In this document: positions 22,176-63,735 of the stretch, in pieces | Position numbering within the stretch: the first letter of the stretch is position 1 | How the letters are laid out: each line of letters opens with the position of its first letter | DNA from: the human T2T-CHM13v2.0 reference genome, Homo sapiens | Direction: 5' to 3' (one strand) | Assembly (NCBI RefSeq): GCF_009914755.1 | Contig: NC_060934.1 | Length of the DNA: 64,000 nt | Program-made: the position numbers and the translations under genes | The notes under the pieces: generated by a model | What the model was told of the DNA's origin: nothing | The model's database searches: none | What the model saw: only the letters and a program-made list of their open reading frames with translations

Positions 22176-24067
22176 TTTTTTTTTTTTTTTTTGAGATGAG
22201 GTCTTGCTCTGTTGCCCAAGCTGGAGTGCAGCGCTAGGATCATACCTCACTACAGTCTCAAACTCCTGGGCTCAAGTGATCCTCACACCTCAGCTTTCCA
22301 GTAGCTAGAACTACATGCACACACTACCACACCTTGGCTAAACTTATTTTTTGTAGAGATGGGATCTCGCTATGTTGCCTAAGCTGGTCTTGAACTCCTG
22401 GCCTCAAGTGATCTTCCCATCTCAGCCTCCCAAGTTGCTGGGATTACAGTTGTGAGCCACTCTACAGGCTTTCCTTTGGCATTTTGACCTAAGATCTTGC
22501 AGTGGTAAAAATAACAACGGCTTTTTGTTAAGTATACTTTTTCTTTCTAGATTAAGAAAATAAATCTCAGAGATGTTAAATAATTTTCCAAAGGTGATTT
22601 AAGTAGATAATGACAGAACCTCTTTCTAAAAAGCTAGAAAATCAAACATCATTTTCCAGGACTTCTAGGGAAAAGGGGGGACTTGAGAAGCTAGTTGCAT
22701 TTATTCCCATATTTACTTCACAGACCAGGTCTTGGATATTGGCTTCAAAAATTATAAAAATAATAAAAATAAATGTTTTTTGGAAAAAATTTAAACCACC
22801 TAGAAGTGATTGGAGTGAAAACAAAAATCTGGAGAAAGTTAATATATGTCTACAGCACTGCTGTGCATTAGAACTCTCTGCGATGTGGGAAATGTTTTAT
22901 ATTTGTGCTATTCAATACAGTAGCCACTAGCTAGTTTAAATTTAAATGTAGCTAATAGCCACATGTGCCTTGGTGGTATCATACTGTGGACAGGGCAGCT
23001 CTAGAGAATAAACCCACCCCTACCTGAGAGTGAGGCCATCTCTTTAACCTAGCCCTAGGGCTTCCTTTGAGTTCAACCTTGGTTTTGTAGGTATAGGCTG
23101 GAGATTTATTTTATTTATTTAATTGTACTTTTTGAGACAGGGTCTCACTCTGTCACCCAGGCTGTAGTGCAGTGGTGTGATCATGGCTCACTGCAGTCTT
23201 GACTTCCCCGCTTCAAGCGATCCTCTCACTTCAGCCTCCTGAGTAGCTGGGACTATAGGCACACATGTGCTACCATGCCTGGCTAATTTTTAAAATTTTT
23301 TGTAGAGACATGGTCTTACTATATTGCCCAGGCTGGTCTCAAACTCCTGGGCTCAAACCATCTTCCTGCCTTAGCCTCCTAAAGTGCTGGGATTACAGGT
23401 ATGAGCCACCACGCCAGGCCAAGGCTAGAGATTTAAATAACTCAAGTTCAACTTAATAACATAAATAATTCAAGTTAATGAACACCTATTATGTGAGAAG
23501 TACTATCCAAGGTCCTATGGGGGGTAGGAAGGTGAAAAGGACTTGCAACTACCCTTAAAAAGCTCAGGGAACCATGTTAAGGAATAAAAAAGCCCAGAAG
23601 TGATTCTTATGCTGGGACCAAAAGGGAAGCTCCATAGGCTGGAGCTTTTGAGCAGGCTCTTGAATTCCATTAGCCCAGCTTTCTGGAGGATGATGAACAA
23701 CAAATACTGGCTGTGGGGTAAGAGAGGGTGGTAATATAGTAAATAAAACAGAGGGGGCAGTACAGTTTTAGTTCAAATCCTGGTTTTGCCATCTACTATT
23801 ATCTTTTTTTTTTTTTTTTTTTTTTTTTGAGATGGAGTCTCGCTCTGTCGCCCAGGCTGGAGTGTTGTGGCACGATCTCTGCTCCCTGCTGCCTCCCGGG
23901 TTCAAGTGATTCTCTTGCCTCAGCCTCTCGAGTAGCTGGGATTTCAGGCACGCACCACTGTGCCTGGCTAATTTTTGTATTTTTAATAGAGACGGGGTTT
24001 CACCATGTTGGCCAGGCTGGTCTTGAGCTCCTGACCTCAGGTGATCCGCCTGCCTCAGCCTCCCAAA
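22176..24067 (-). mobile_element. Three antisense Alus (~22176-22468, 23106-23420, 23803-24067) and a MER3-like hAT fragment (~22855-23003)
   Basis: Alu consensus; MER3-like ends (ctgctgtgcattagaactctctgcgatg...ggacagggcagc). Confidence 0.85.
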
Positions 24068-24738
24068 TACTATTATCTTTGTGACCTTAGGAAATCTACT
24101 TAACCTCTCTGAGTCTCAGCTTTCTCATCAGTAAAAAGTGGTCAATAACAATACCTAGGTCAGAAGATTAAATGAGCAGATTAACTTTCTGGCTCATAGT
24201 AAGCATTGAAAAAGTGTAAGCATCCGTTGTTATTGTTGTTATTAGTATATCAGCTACCATACCTAAAAAATAATGCCAAGGTCAAACCAGAACCAGATCT
24301 CTTGAATGGGCTAAATGACAGAGCAGAGTGGCCACAGACACAACAGACCACTGTGTGGAGCTGGAATGCTATGGAGATGGAATGCAACTGGCTGGAATGT
24401 GCCCTGGGTGGTGGAGAGATCAGTACTGCCTTCTTTCTAAAGACACTCAGATACCTGAGTGCTCCGTATCCGCTAAGTAGCAAGTTGAGTCTGACATTTT
24501 TGTTTCCATTTTTAAGATGCTTATGGTCATAAATTAATTTAGGCCTATAGGCATATTGGAATTATAAGAAGAAGAAATGGAAAACAGAAGCCAGGGCCAG
24601 GGGTTCGATTTCTCAGTATCATCATGCCAAGGGCTGAGGTGCTAATGTGAGAAAGGTGGGTAGCTTGAAGAGGATGGGCTGGTACACAGATGCTGTCCGC
24701 AAGGCTCCATTATACACAAGGGCCTCTAAGGGCAGCTA

Positions 24739-24972
<234 letters not shown>

Positions 24973-24986
24973 TTAAGTCACATTTA

Positions 24987-26560
<1,574 letters not shown>

Positions 26561-26904
26561 TGAAAGACAAGACAGGAAGGACGAGGCAATTTCCACTGCC
26601 TTCTCTCTCATTTATCCTCAAACCTGGTCTAGCTACACCTATAAATCATGTTATTGCTTCTGGACACATTCTTAAGTGAGGTAAAATATGAGGGAAAGAA
26701 AAGGATTAATTTCCATTTATGCTGGTAATGAAGAGCTCTCTATAATCATCACATTAGATTCATCCAGAAGCCAAGTGAACTTAAACTAGAACCACTGTGC
26801 CTTGTTTATCGCATTCCTATAATTTCAGTTCCTATTATCAGCCCATCTTGTCATTTTTTGCATTTGATCTTTCACTTTGCCTCTATCACCTCCATATATT
26901 TACC

Positions 26905-27626
<722 letters not shown>

Positions 27627-30600
27627 TCACCACAGTGCCCCCAACATCAGCAGATGCAAACACTGGAGCAATGCAGAGGAGCAAGGTAATGCGGTAGAAA
27701 ACAAGGCTTGGAGTAACGGGACCCGGGCTCCAGTTCTGGCCCCACCACCAACGTGCTGTGTGACCCGGATGGAGTCACTTGATCTCTTTAGATTTAATTT
27801 TCTCATGTTCAAGTGGAGGGATGCCACCAGACAACTGCTGAGGCGGCTTACTAGCACAAAGAAGGGTTTATTGGTGTCATCTAGAATCTGAGGGTGAGGA
27901 TGGGGTGGAAATATCCCATCTTTTCTCCCAGGATCTGAGTTAGGGTGAAGAGGAAATTAACATTCTTTGGTACTAAAAGACTGAAGTATAAGATATTGTG
28001 GTGGATATTCATGAGATGTGTGTTGGGAAATCTACAAGACTATAGCGCTCTAGAGTTTAGAAATTTAGCCTCACAAATCTAGATACTTGATTTGGCTCAG
28101 GAAAAACTTATTCCTGCTAACTAAACTGTCCACAGAAGGAACAGAAATCAGGCCAATTTGCAATAAGAATAGTAACTGTTAAGAGAACTACAATGATGAC
28201 AGCTGGTCATTATACTTCTCAGTAGGAAAGCTACTAAGGAAACCCCATTCACCTCAGAAGATTAACCTCAAAAGATTACTCAGTGAAAACAGAATGAGAT
28301 CAGAAGGAACTGGAAGCGCTTAAACTGTGATTGCCTACAGCTTTACTCTTTGCTGCCACAGAAATGTGTCCTGAGAAGGGGATCGGAACCTGTTCTGTAT
28401 TAGATAAACATGAACACTTTCTGTTAACCATTCCGTTTTCTGCATTTCACATCAACCTTAAGCTTCTGACTTCCTTTTCTCTTTCCCAGTTCTTCCATTC
28501 TCTCAGGGCACAGCCTTCTGCAATTGTCTTGATATTTCAAGTACTCATCTTCTCCCCATGAAGATGGTGCCCTTTCCTGTAAATAAACCATTAATTAAAT
28601 AATACTCAAGGATGTCAGTGAGAGCTCTTGACAATTTCTAATGAGAGGCTCATTAAATTGGTATTAAGTGGTTGTAGAATAGGGACTTCTGGAGGCCTCC
28701 AGCAAGAATGCCTCATTACAGATGCCATCTCTTCACAGAAAGTTATAGATTATGTTCCATCTCACATGGAGAGGGCTCTGGTGTCCTTCCTACCATAGGA
28801 GGAAGAACTAGGGCTGCTAAGTTATTGTAGCCCAAACCACTGGGATGTTAGCCAGCAAACAGCCTAGCTGGGGTCCCCTTTCCTGGTACAAGATCCTCAT
28901 TATAGGCCCCTGGGGTACGAATCAGAGTCGTGCAGGAAGCCAACATTTAATAGCTGGTGAGCTGTCAAACTAGGAGCACCTGGGATGAGTGGGATGACGG
29001 CAGATTACAAGCCAAGTGCTTGACAGCTGGTCCTGAGAGTTGGTTCATTCATATTTGCTTCCAATATCTCTGAATCCAGTCATAATCACAGCAAGCAGAA
29101 CAAGTTTTCCTCCCAGATCTCAACTTTTTTATGCAGACCAGTTGTTGGTACTGGAATTCTGGCCTCCCTATTTGATGATGCTGACTGATGGTTGGGATTC
29201 CAGCTCCCAATCTGAAAGATGTCTACAGGGAGCAAGAAGGCACCCCAGCGAAGGCCTAGCTTTCTAAATACTACGTATTTTTGTACAAATCTGGCCCAGC
29301 TGCCTGAACAAAGGGTTTAAGTGCGATTGGGTGATTCCTATTAGATTGGGATGGGAGAGAATTTGTAGAAGTGGGCTCAACTAGTACTCAAAAATCTGGC
29401 ACCATCTGGCTTTTTGCAAAGTCCAGGCAGAATCCGAGTTGTGTCAGGTCCCCAATTTACTCTCCAGCATGATTCATGACTGGCTGTTTCAACAGTAAAA
29501 AGAAACCCTGAGTTTGTGTGATATAATATCAGAAACTACATACATAAATCTATTCACCACAATAGTTAAACAGAAGAGCTCTGAAGTGATGAGAGCCCAA
29601 ATGTCCACTTGGAATCAGAGAATCTTAGAACTGGAAGATACCTCAGAGGAAATGTGACGTTAAATAATTTGCCCAGGGTCACAATGCTAGATGGTAACAG
29701 AGCTGGGTCTCGAATTTTGGCTGGTGCCCTTTCCCTATACACACTGGGTCCACATGATCCCTTCCATATATGGACAATATCAATTCCTCCATGACATGAA
29801 TCTGTCACCCTGAGGAGAAAGGGTTTAGATTAAAGAAAAGTCACATGGGAAATACTCAAGTCCTTTTGGTGAGGGATGAATGAATAATTGAATAACTGGG
29901 AGTTGTGAGGCACCAGCATTAATTATAGGTTGGCCGTGGATCTGACTACCCCCTACAGTGGAAGACACTGAGTATTCCCTAGGAACTCATACCGACAATT
30001 TTAGGGACAACTTAAAAAGTGTATTCAACAGCAATCCAACGAAAAGCACATGTAACGAATGTGGCCCTGGGAGTTTTTCTCCACAGCTGCCTCTGATGCA
30101 CAGATACAGCTTTAGGCAGCATGACCCAGTTAGGAGCTACCTGCCTCTTCCTAATGCAAAAGTGTTTGGAAAGGTGGTATGACAAGTTGGGCTGACAGTC
30201 TCTAAGCTGTGTGGCCATGTACTATTCCTGCCTTACCGGACTGCAGTGGAGAAAATCAAAAGCTGACTGGTGACGGCCAAGGTTAAGTGAGGGGAGATGG
30301 TTCTGCTTCAGCCCTGGAAAGGCTGATGCAGATGTCTTGTTTTCTTAAGTCCATCCCTAGATGGCTTTGGGTGGAACAAGGGGGAGGATATTTCCTTAAA
30401 GAGCATGTGTCCTGTCTTTTGTATCTCCTTCCATGAGCTTTTGTTAATACAAATGCACATTTTAACCTAGTTCTGGGGTGAGGGGAGGGGAAACGACAAC
30501 ATTTAGGAGAACTAGCAATTTAAGGAGCCAAGAGCAATGCAGCCTACAAGTAATGGAAATGATAACAATTCCTTGTTCTGTACGGTGCTCTTAGGCCCTA

Positions 30601-30953
30601 TGCCCGCTGACCCCCTGTGTACTCAGGCTGCCTGACTGTCAGAGGTGATGCTGCTAATCCTAGCTCCTAACTTCCAGGACACACCACGGAGAAGATCTGT
30701 TTTCTGAGCCTGAGCGCATCATCCCAGATGATGGCTTCAATGGGCTTACACGCTTAATTTGGTACAAACTAACTTGGCAGTAAGATTTATTGCCATTGTC
30801 TAGTATTGTATCTGGGTTTATTAAAAATCCCCATCACATCTTTTCCACAAAGGGCTAGCATTTCTGCAAGCATCATTAGGTAGTCAATGATTTCAGCTGA
30901 CACACCCATGGGACAATCACAGTTTGGTGGAGGAGACTGTGTATATATATATC

Positions 30954-30956
<3 letters not shown>

Positions 30957-31005
<49 letters not shown>
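30957..31005. repeat. (CA)n microsatellite, ~24 units, preceded by (TA)n
   Basis: Directly visible. Confidence 0.98.
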
Positions 31006-31006
<1 letters not shown>

Positions 31007-31117
31007 TAAGATGGAGAAACACGTAGAAGAGACAGATATCAGATATATTAATACACACATATGGGAAATAATGGAATAGTGTGTATTTGGTATGAGTTAC
31101 ATTTTGGATCTGAATTC

Positions 31118-35840
<4,723 letters not shown>

Positions 35841-38800
35841 TGCACTCATTTTTTGACAGAGTGCACTTTACAGAACCATCATTCTGTTTTACCTACTATA
35901 CCAAACTCCATAAATTAGATCTTACAGGGAAACTAGCCAAGGTCTAATTAAGTTTTACATTTCCTAACAAGGAAATAAATTAAAACTGCCACACTTCTTT
36001 TGGGAATTCAAGTCTTGCTCTTACTTCAAATGTACCTGACAATTATAAGTCAGTTCACTTTCATAAAGATTTCACATAAACAAGTTGGGCTAACAGTCCC
36101 TGTGAGGCAATAGATTTGGAAATAATTTTAGGCTATGACATGTCACTTAAAACATTACTTCATTCAGTAAAAAGCTGATTTAGTTATAATCATACAATTT
36201 CAAATCTGCATGAACCCTTAGAGATACTTATAACTCCAACCTGAGGGTCAGAGTAGTGACCTGCTCAAGGAGTCAAAGGAAATTAATGACATGGGAAGGT
36301 GCTACAGTCCTAACACTCTTCCCCTCACCCTACGCTCTTACTAGAGTATTTCATCATCCTTTGCAGGATCTGGAAAGGTCTAGAATTAATTCATTTACAT
36401 AACATAAACGAACATCTGTTTATATAAAGAGTTGTTCTAGGCTCTGAATAGCACACAAAGTTGTAGAAAACATGGTTCAAGTCTTTGAGAATTTACAGTC
36501 TAATGAATTCCCCCTTGAATGCTGAAGATATGAGACATATCAATAGGGGTTAGATATTCCTAGGAACAGAGAACTTTTTTAATAAAGGCTTCTGAAGGCA
36601 GAGACACCAATAATTTTTGGATGAATGATGAAACTTAGGAGAATCTAGAAGCTTCAATCCTCATTAATGAGTATAAACAACTTAGAACTTCTAAGCTAAT
36701 AAAAATGTCAAAAGTGACTAAAAAAAAGCAGTAGATTCCACTTCCTCAGAGAACAAAGAGTAAGCCTTATCTGGTGCTTTTTTTTTTTTTAAGGATGATT
36801 TAAAAAAAAAAACACTTTTTATGATGTTGCCATGTTGGTATAGGTTGTTTCCAGCCCCCTAATAAGATAAACAGGCAGAAGAAAGCCAGCACCTATGGGT
36901 TGAAAACCAGAACAGGCAGTTTGGTACAATTTTAATGTCAACCTAGTATATTAATATAGTATTATCTCTTTTTATTTTCACAATAACCCTGAAACAAGTA
37001 TTCTACTATCACCATTCTACAGATCTGGAAACTGAGGCTTTGAGAACTTAAGGAATTTGTTCAAGGTCACAAAACTAGTGAATAGCGGGGACTCAAACTC
37101 AGGTTTGAACTTAAAACCAAAATTTATATTCAGCACAATTTCTTGCATATAGTTAACGCTCAATAAATGCTAGATGTTAGAACAGTATCTAAAAGTGCAA
37201 CAGAGCACTGGTATACCAATGAGCGGAGGTGGTGAGGAACACCTTGGTCATTGGAAGGTGTATCTATATCCTGTATTTTGATGTTGAGAAAAGCGCAGCT
37301 TAGCATACATGCCTTTTTCTGGTCTGTGGTATCCCTTAAAAGGATATCAACTTTCTTGCTACATGACTTTATTTAAATGACTTCAGGCTTTTGTGTATTG
37401 GTTTCCTCAGTGAAAAGTAATATGGTTCCAAAGGTAAAGATCACAGATGTGTCTACTAAGGCGTTCCTATGCAGGACAAGAAGCTAGATTAGACAACTCC
37501 AAGAGTCTGTTATTGTAAGGTAAGGACTATGGATGTCTGTGTCTGAGCTGTAGAACCTATACCTGAACAGAACAGACAATTGTAGGGGAAAAAAAGGTCA
37601 CATTTCATATTCAAGAGAAGGGCACTATCTCTAAAACATCATAGTTTATCAAAAGGACTTCATTCTCACCCTAAGAATGGTCAACTCTTAGCCAAAAGCA
37701 ACTGGGAAAAAAAAGTCCAGAGTCTGTCTTCCCAATGCTACTGTGAAGCATGGTTTGAAATGGTAAAGCCACAGTCCCCTCTGGATTGTGCTTCAGCAAA
37801 GCTTTTCAGACTCTAACAGAATTGTGGAGTATACTGAGAGGCAACACGACGATGTGGAAAGAACACAGACTGGGAATTAGAGAGACCTGAGCTTGAATCC
37901 TGGCTTTTCCACCACTAAGCTGGATAACCACGATCAAGTGGCTTCATTTGATATTTTCCTCATCCATAAAGTGAAGATGAATGAGGATAATTCAGGTTTT
38001 AAAGATTAAAAGCGATAACATGCATAAAGCACTAAGCATTGTGCCTGGCACAGAGAAACTACTATGAAATGAGAGTTGCTGTTAGTGTTCCAGATGTGTG
38101 ATGGCCTCACAGTCCTGGACAGGACAGTGCTACCGGATTATTACAGTTCAGGAGTGGGTGGCAGCTTGTCTGTTAAAGACAGTTGTTCAGAATATAAGAG
38201 TTTGTTGTGTGCTAGAAATTGCTGACTCCATCAGTAATTTCTGACTTCCCCAACAATCCAGTTAGAGCCTAAATGACAAAAGACTTGAGGCTCCCTTACT
38301 CATTCCAATTATTAGACTCAAAGAATTTGAAAGCTGCAAAGGTTCTCAGAGGTCATCTCTGCCATCCTTGTCCCTCCAGAGACAAAAGAAACTGAGACCA
38401 TTTGAAGATGTGACTAAAACTTCAGAAAAAATACTTGGGGTTGCAGAAAGCTCCTGTAGGAGTTATGCCATAGATTTTATTATTGGTTCTTTCGGCTTGT
38501 CAGATAATAAGGTAAACTGCACGTATAGAATAACTACAAAGAATCAAGGCCAACTATGCCATAAATTATAATTTTCAGTGTAAGTAGAATTGTGCAGGGG
38601 CGTGAATAGTAAAGACCAGGGACTATATTTGTGTGATTATTTTCTGATTTTATAGTTCAAAGTACACCGAGGACGTAACTGAACCCACAGGTTTACTGCA
38701 TCTGTACTATCCTGAGGTGCTTTACAGTGGAGCTTTATTGTACCTGGATATTCTCCTGGCAGAAATTGGAATATTCTGAGTTATATGGGCTGAAGCTCAC

Positions 38801-40152
38801 TCTAGAGCTCCAGCTCAAATAATTTCTAACTTTTTCATCATAGAAAGCCATTGGGAAAGGAGTCATGTTCAATTTTCCATTACCTTCTTCAGCAGACCAC
38901 TTAAATCAATCAGCCAGCCGCTGAGAGGTCATAGATCTAATTTTATGCCCAGTGTGCGTACGAATGAGCAATAGAACCAGTTCTTCTTAAGTGCTAAACG
39001 AAGAGACGCCTGATAGTGGAGACACACAGTATTTCGTGGAGAAAGGTTCTTTCTTCAGATGGTTAGAACTCTTGAAAACACTTCATTATTACCTGATGGT
39101 TGTTATTCTCACATGGGTCATGCAGAACTAAAGAAATAGCCTTAATTAAATTTGATGTTTTTTTCAAATGGTAGGAGGGGCAAACAGAAAAAATGAAAAA
39201 AAGAAAAAGAAAAAAAAGAAATGTGACATTTTTTACTCTGGAGGAACTGGACTATGTTCTAATACAGTAAATCTGCAGTGGCCACCTGCCTGGATCTTTC
39301 AAATTATTCCAAGGAACATTAACTCTGTAAGTTATTAAAAGATGGTCTGGAGTAAATCAAATTTGGAAACTATATCCCTCTTCCAGAGATTAATAATGCA
39401 CCTTCATATATTAAAAAGTTGGCAGCAGGAGTGCTGCAAGAAGAAATTCTATATAACTCTGGCATTTTCCAAACTTATTTGAACCATGGAATACTTTTTT
39501 TTTTCTTTTTAAATCCACAGAACCATCATCATATTGCAGTATACAGTGTTCTTCACAATGCTGTTTGGAAAATTCTGTGCTAAATTATGCCTAAAGACTG
39601 GTTTGTAACCTCTAAAATAGCCAAGGAAGAGACAGTGCCAGGGCCTAGAAGGTGCCAATTTCTGAAGGTTCTAACCTTTTGGGAAAAAATGAAGACAGCT
39701 GAGACTCACAGCAGAAGCCAGATAAAAAGTATTCCTGTCTCTACTCTGGCCTCACTCTTTCCCAACCACTGGTATAAATTAGGGCCTCCACTTTTAAGCT
39801 CCTAGAACCTCTTATTCTAATTAGCACTTATCACACCCAACTGGAACTGCTTCTACACTTATCTTTCTCCCCCATTAGACTCTGAGCTTCTTGAGGGTGG
39901 AACCCTGTGCCTAGCACAGTACCTATTGCTTTTGGGTGAATAAATACTTGAGCCACACTAAATTTTGTTTAAATTATCAACTTCATAATAGAAGCAGCTG
40001 ACATTGACTAATCGTTCACCACATGACAGCCACAAAGTTAAGTGCTTTATGTAGATTTAGTCTCACAACCCTATGAGGTGGGTCCAGTTGGTCCTTCATA
40101 TGTGTAGGTTCCACACCCATGGATTCAACCAGCTGCAGATCAAAAATATTTA

Positions 40153-40512
<360 letters not shown>

Positions 40513-40606
40513 CTATTACAAATTTAAAAATACAGCATAACAACTATTTACTTAGCATTTACATAGTAATAGGTATTATATGTAATCTTGAGATAATTTA
40601 AAGTAC

Positions 40607-40961
40607 AGTTGGCCCTGGAACAACACAGGCTTGAACTGCATAGGTCCACTTACGTGCAGATTTTTTTTTCAATAAATTACGTTGGAAAAATTTTTGGAGG
40701 CTTATGACTATTTGGAAAACCTCATAGATGGACCACACAGCATAGACGTACCAAAAAAATTAGGAAAAATGTATGTAGTGAATACATAAAAAATATATAG
40801 ATACTAGTTTATGTGTTAATTGACTGTATGTTATCAGTAAGCCTTTTTTGGTCAACAGTGGGCTATTAGTAGTTAAGTTTTTGGGGAGTCTAAAGTTATC
40901 CTAGGATTTTCAACTGTGTGGGGTGAAAACAGCTAATCCCTCACTGTTCAAGGGTCACCCG
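40607..40961 (+). mobile_element. Tigger2a-like non-autonomous DNA transposon
   Basis: TIRs CAGTTGGCCCTGGAACA...TGTTCAAGGGTCACCCG, inserted after a TA in MER2. Confidence 0.78.
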
Positions 40962-40967
40962 CATCTA

Positions 40968-41072
40968 GTGCTCGTCCGGCAGCACATATACTCAAACTGG
41001 AATGATTTGGAGAAGATTAGCATGGCCCTTGTGCAAGGATGACACACAAATTCGTGAAGTGTTCCATATTTT
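40968..41072 (+). pseudogene. U6 snRNA pseudogene (full length)
   Basis: GTGCTCGTCCGGCAGCACATATACTCAAACTGGAATGATTTGGAGAAGATTAGCATGGCCCTTGTGCAAGGATGACACACAAATTCGTGAAGTGTTCCATATTTT is colinear with U6. The ACAGAGA box is mutated and there is no upstream PSE/TATA. Confidence 0.95.
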
Positions 41073-41293
41073 GATGATGATTTAAAAATAAAGAAATAAA
41101 GTATATGGAAAGATATGTGTAGGTTATATACAAAAATACTATGCAACCGTTTCACATATGGGACTTGAGCACCCAAAGACTTTGTAACTCTGGGTGTGTG
41201 TGGCGGGGTCGGGGGGTGGAGGCGGTCCTGGAACCAAACCCCTGAAGATACCAAGGGACAACTATTTTTATCTTTATTTAAAAAACACAGAGG

Positions 41294-44223
<2,930 letters not shown>

Positions 44224-44306
44224 TTAGCCAGGATGGTCTCGATCTCCTGACCTTGTGATCGGCCCAATATGGTGAATCCCCATCTCTACTAAAAAATACA
44301 AAAATT

Positions 44307-48487
<4,181 letters not shown>

Positions 48488-48502
48488 AAAAATACAAAAA
48501 TT

Positions 48503-50105
<1,603 letters not shown>

Positions 50106-50158
50106 TGGAAGTACTAATTTAAACAAACAGACGCTATTTTAAGAAGTTATATGGATTA

Positions 50159-50962
<804 letters not shown>

Positions 50963-51014
50963 ATGATCTTGTATTAGAAAATCTTAAGGAATCCGCTAAA
51001 AAAAAATTGAATAA

Positions 51015-51616
51015 GCAAGATTGTTCTATATCTTCCCCAGCCCCTAGCAGGACAGGACCATCTGGCAATGAGCCTTCCCAGTGCCAGGGATGAAGAATGT
51101 CTATCAGTCTCATAAGCTGAGATTGATCAATGCTTCCATTGGAAGATTTCTGAGAAAAAAAAAAAAGTGGCTGAATGAGAAAAGAAACATACTCAGAACA
51201 GCCTGAGGTATGTGAGGTGTGCACAATTTATCAAGCACAGAGACAGGAGTATGGGACTTCAGTCACAACCCTGTCCCCGATTCCATGGCCAGGCACAATT
51301 GTTTAAAGGCATTTTGTTCCTGACTAGCTGCCTTACCTGTTAGTTTCATGTTCCTGGAATCTGTGATACAAAGAACAATGTATACACAATCAATAGCTTA
51401 TGTTATTTTAATGTAAATTCTTGGTAAGCAAATTAGAAACTATCTCTTCTTTTCCTTTAAAAACCCACTTGTAACTGCTGCTAATTGGAGTATATATTCA
51501 GGGCAACTTGAATCCATGCTACTGGGTTGCCGTCTTCAAACTTGGCCCAAATAAACTTTAGGTATATTAAAAAAAACAAAAAACAAAAAAACAAACAAAA
51601 AACAAAAACAAAAAAT
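51015..51616 (+). mobile_element. ERV1 (MER39/MER34-like) fragment: putative internal 3' end, purine tract, LTR U3-R, poly(A) tail
   Basis: LTR-like start TGAGAAAAGAAAC at 51176 after an A/G tract; AATAAA at 51550-51555; A-rich tail from 51569. Confidence 0.7.
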
Positions 51617-51659
51617 GATCGATAAAATCTTAGTGCTTTGGAGAGACTGAAAAATCAAA

Positions 51660-56410
<4,751 letters not shown>

Positions 56411-56910
56411 AGGGAAAAATTGTGCTTTCAATTCCTCCGTGCTCTCACGTTGCTTGTACAAACTGTAACTGAATTTCTATGAAGTAAGCCAAAGGAGCGG
56501 GGTGTTATTCTCAGAGTCATATTGTCTTAAAAAAAGTCTTAATATAAGAAATAAACTAAAGCATTCCTTCTCATCAAAGACGCAACTTAAGTTGTATAGT
56601 GACTTTAGCTTCACATTGTATATATAATGACTCTGGCTCAGATAGGGGAAGTTCTGCAGCTTCATGCCCTGTGCCTCAGCTTAGATGCTTATTTTCAAGG
56701 TTAGTCATTTAAAGATAGGCACCTGCCCAGACTACGGCCTTAGCACAAGAAAATATATTCACTGAACTTGGCATCTCAGGGTGAAATGCAAGGCTCATAC
56801 AATGTCAACAAATCAAAACACCATTTCAAGGATGCCAAGAAAAACTTATCTTTTACTGTTCAGGAGGGGCAGTCACCTAAGAGATTACAGATCCAATGTT
56901 CATACCTTCA

Positions 56911-57117
<207 letters not shown>

Positions 57118-57319
57118 TCACATCTGCAAATCAGAAATTCATGCTCATGTCTAGAACAGAAACTGAATACATTAGTCAAGGAATATCAAATTCATAAACA
57201 GCAGGGGAACAAAACTCTTGAATTCTACCCTGAGAAAGGCAAACTGGCTAGTTGCTTCCCTCTCACACGTAAAATCTGAGAAAGCTTACAGTGATGGCTG
57301 AATATCTTAATGAAAATAT

Positions 57320-60616
<3,297 letters not shown>

Positions 60617-61576
60617 TTACTTTTCTTATTAAGGTATAAAATCCTGTAGGAGTTAGAGAGTTAGGGGACTAAGTTATTGAAAGGGTATTTGAGGCTAAAA
60701 GGTTAACATAAAATTCCTAAAACAGTTAGGGCATGGTAGAGGAAATGTGTCCCACTCTGATGATAAACAACCTCTAAAGTTTGTTAGTTTCTAACTAACA
60801 CTCTGAAACATCAAATACTACAGCTCAAGACCAGAGTGCTTATGCTGAGAATTATCTGAGGACAGAGAGAGAACAATCTAAACTGAATGGCTATTCATTT
60901 GGTGATTCAGAAAAACAGTGGGCTGCAAATCACATTATATAACTATTAAATCTAAATATACATCACTATACTTTTATCACAAAGATATAATAAAAAATTT
61001 TATTGAGCACTTACTAATCACTTATCATTATGCCAAGAACAGTGAGGGAAATTGTATTGGACACAGGCCTTGATTTTTTGGAGCTTACTATTTAGATAGG
61101 CCTCCTTAAAGTGAAGATGATGTCAGTCCCAAAATTCTTATTTTTTTGGTAACTACTATGGTAAAAATCCAGAGGGCTATTAGAAAAAAGCTAGAGTAAG
61201 ATGATAACATGAGCTTTGTGGCTGGAAAGATGGAAAGAGAAAGGATATACTTATTGCAAATTGAGTTGTTTGGACAAGAAGGCTACAACTTATGAAACAA
61301 TCTATTGGCAGGTGACTAGAACTGCAGACATAATAATCAAAAGGAACTGTCTCTTAGAGGAGTTACTGTGACTAATTGTTCAACAAACTGGTTATCTATC
61401 TACCTTTGGAAAGATGGACTTATATAAACCGGGCTCTAGGTGACTATAAAAAGAAGATAAGATTAATGATAGTTTGTAGACAATAGTGATTATTTCTTTA
61501 GGATGCTGAAAAATGAATTTAACATTAGGAAGTTGTTAAGCAAGTAAATAGAATTGTCTTTCAAAACTAAAAGCAG

Positions 61577-63735
<2,159 letters not shown>

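Noticed and set aside
39260-39590. Possible hAT-Charlie DNA transposon remnant
   Set aside because: Resemblance too weak to assign family or boundaries by eye.
40968-41072. U6 as a functional snRNA gene
   Set aside because: The ACAGAGA box is mutated, CpGs have decayed, and the upstream sequence is transposon with no PSE/TATA.
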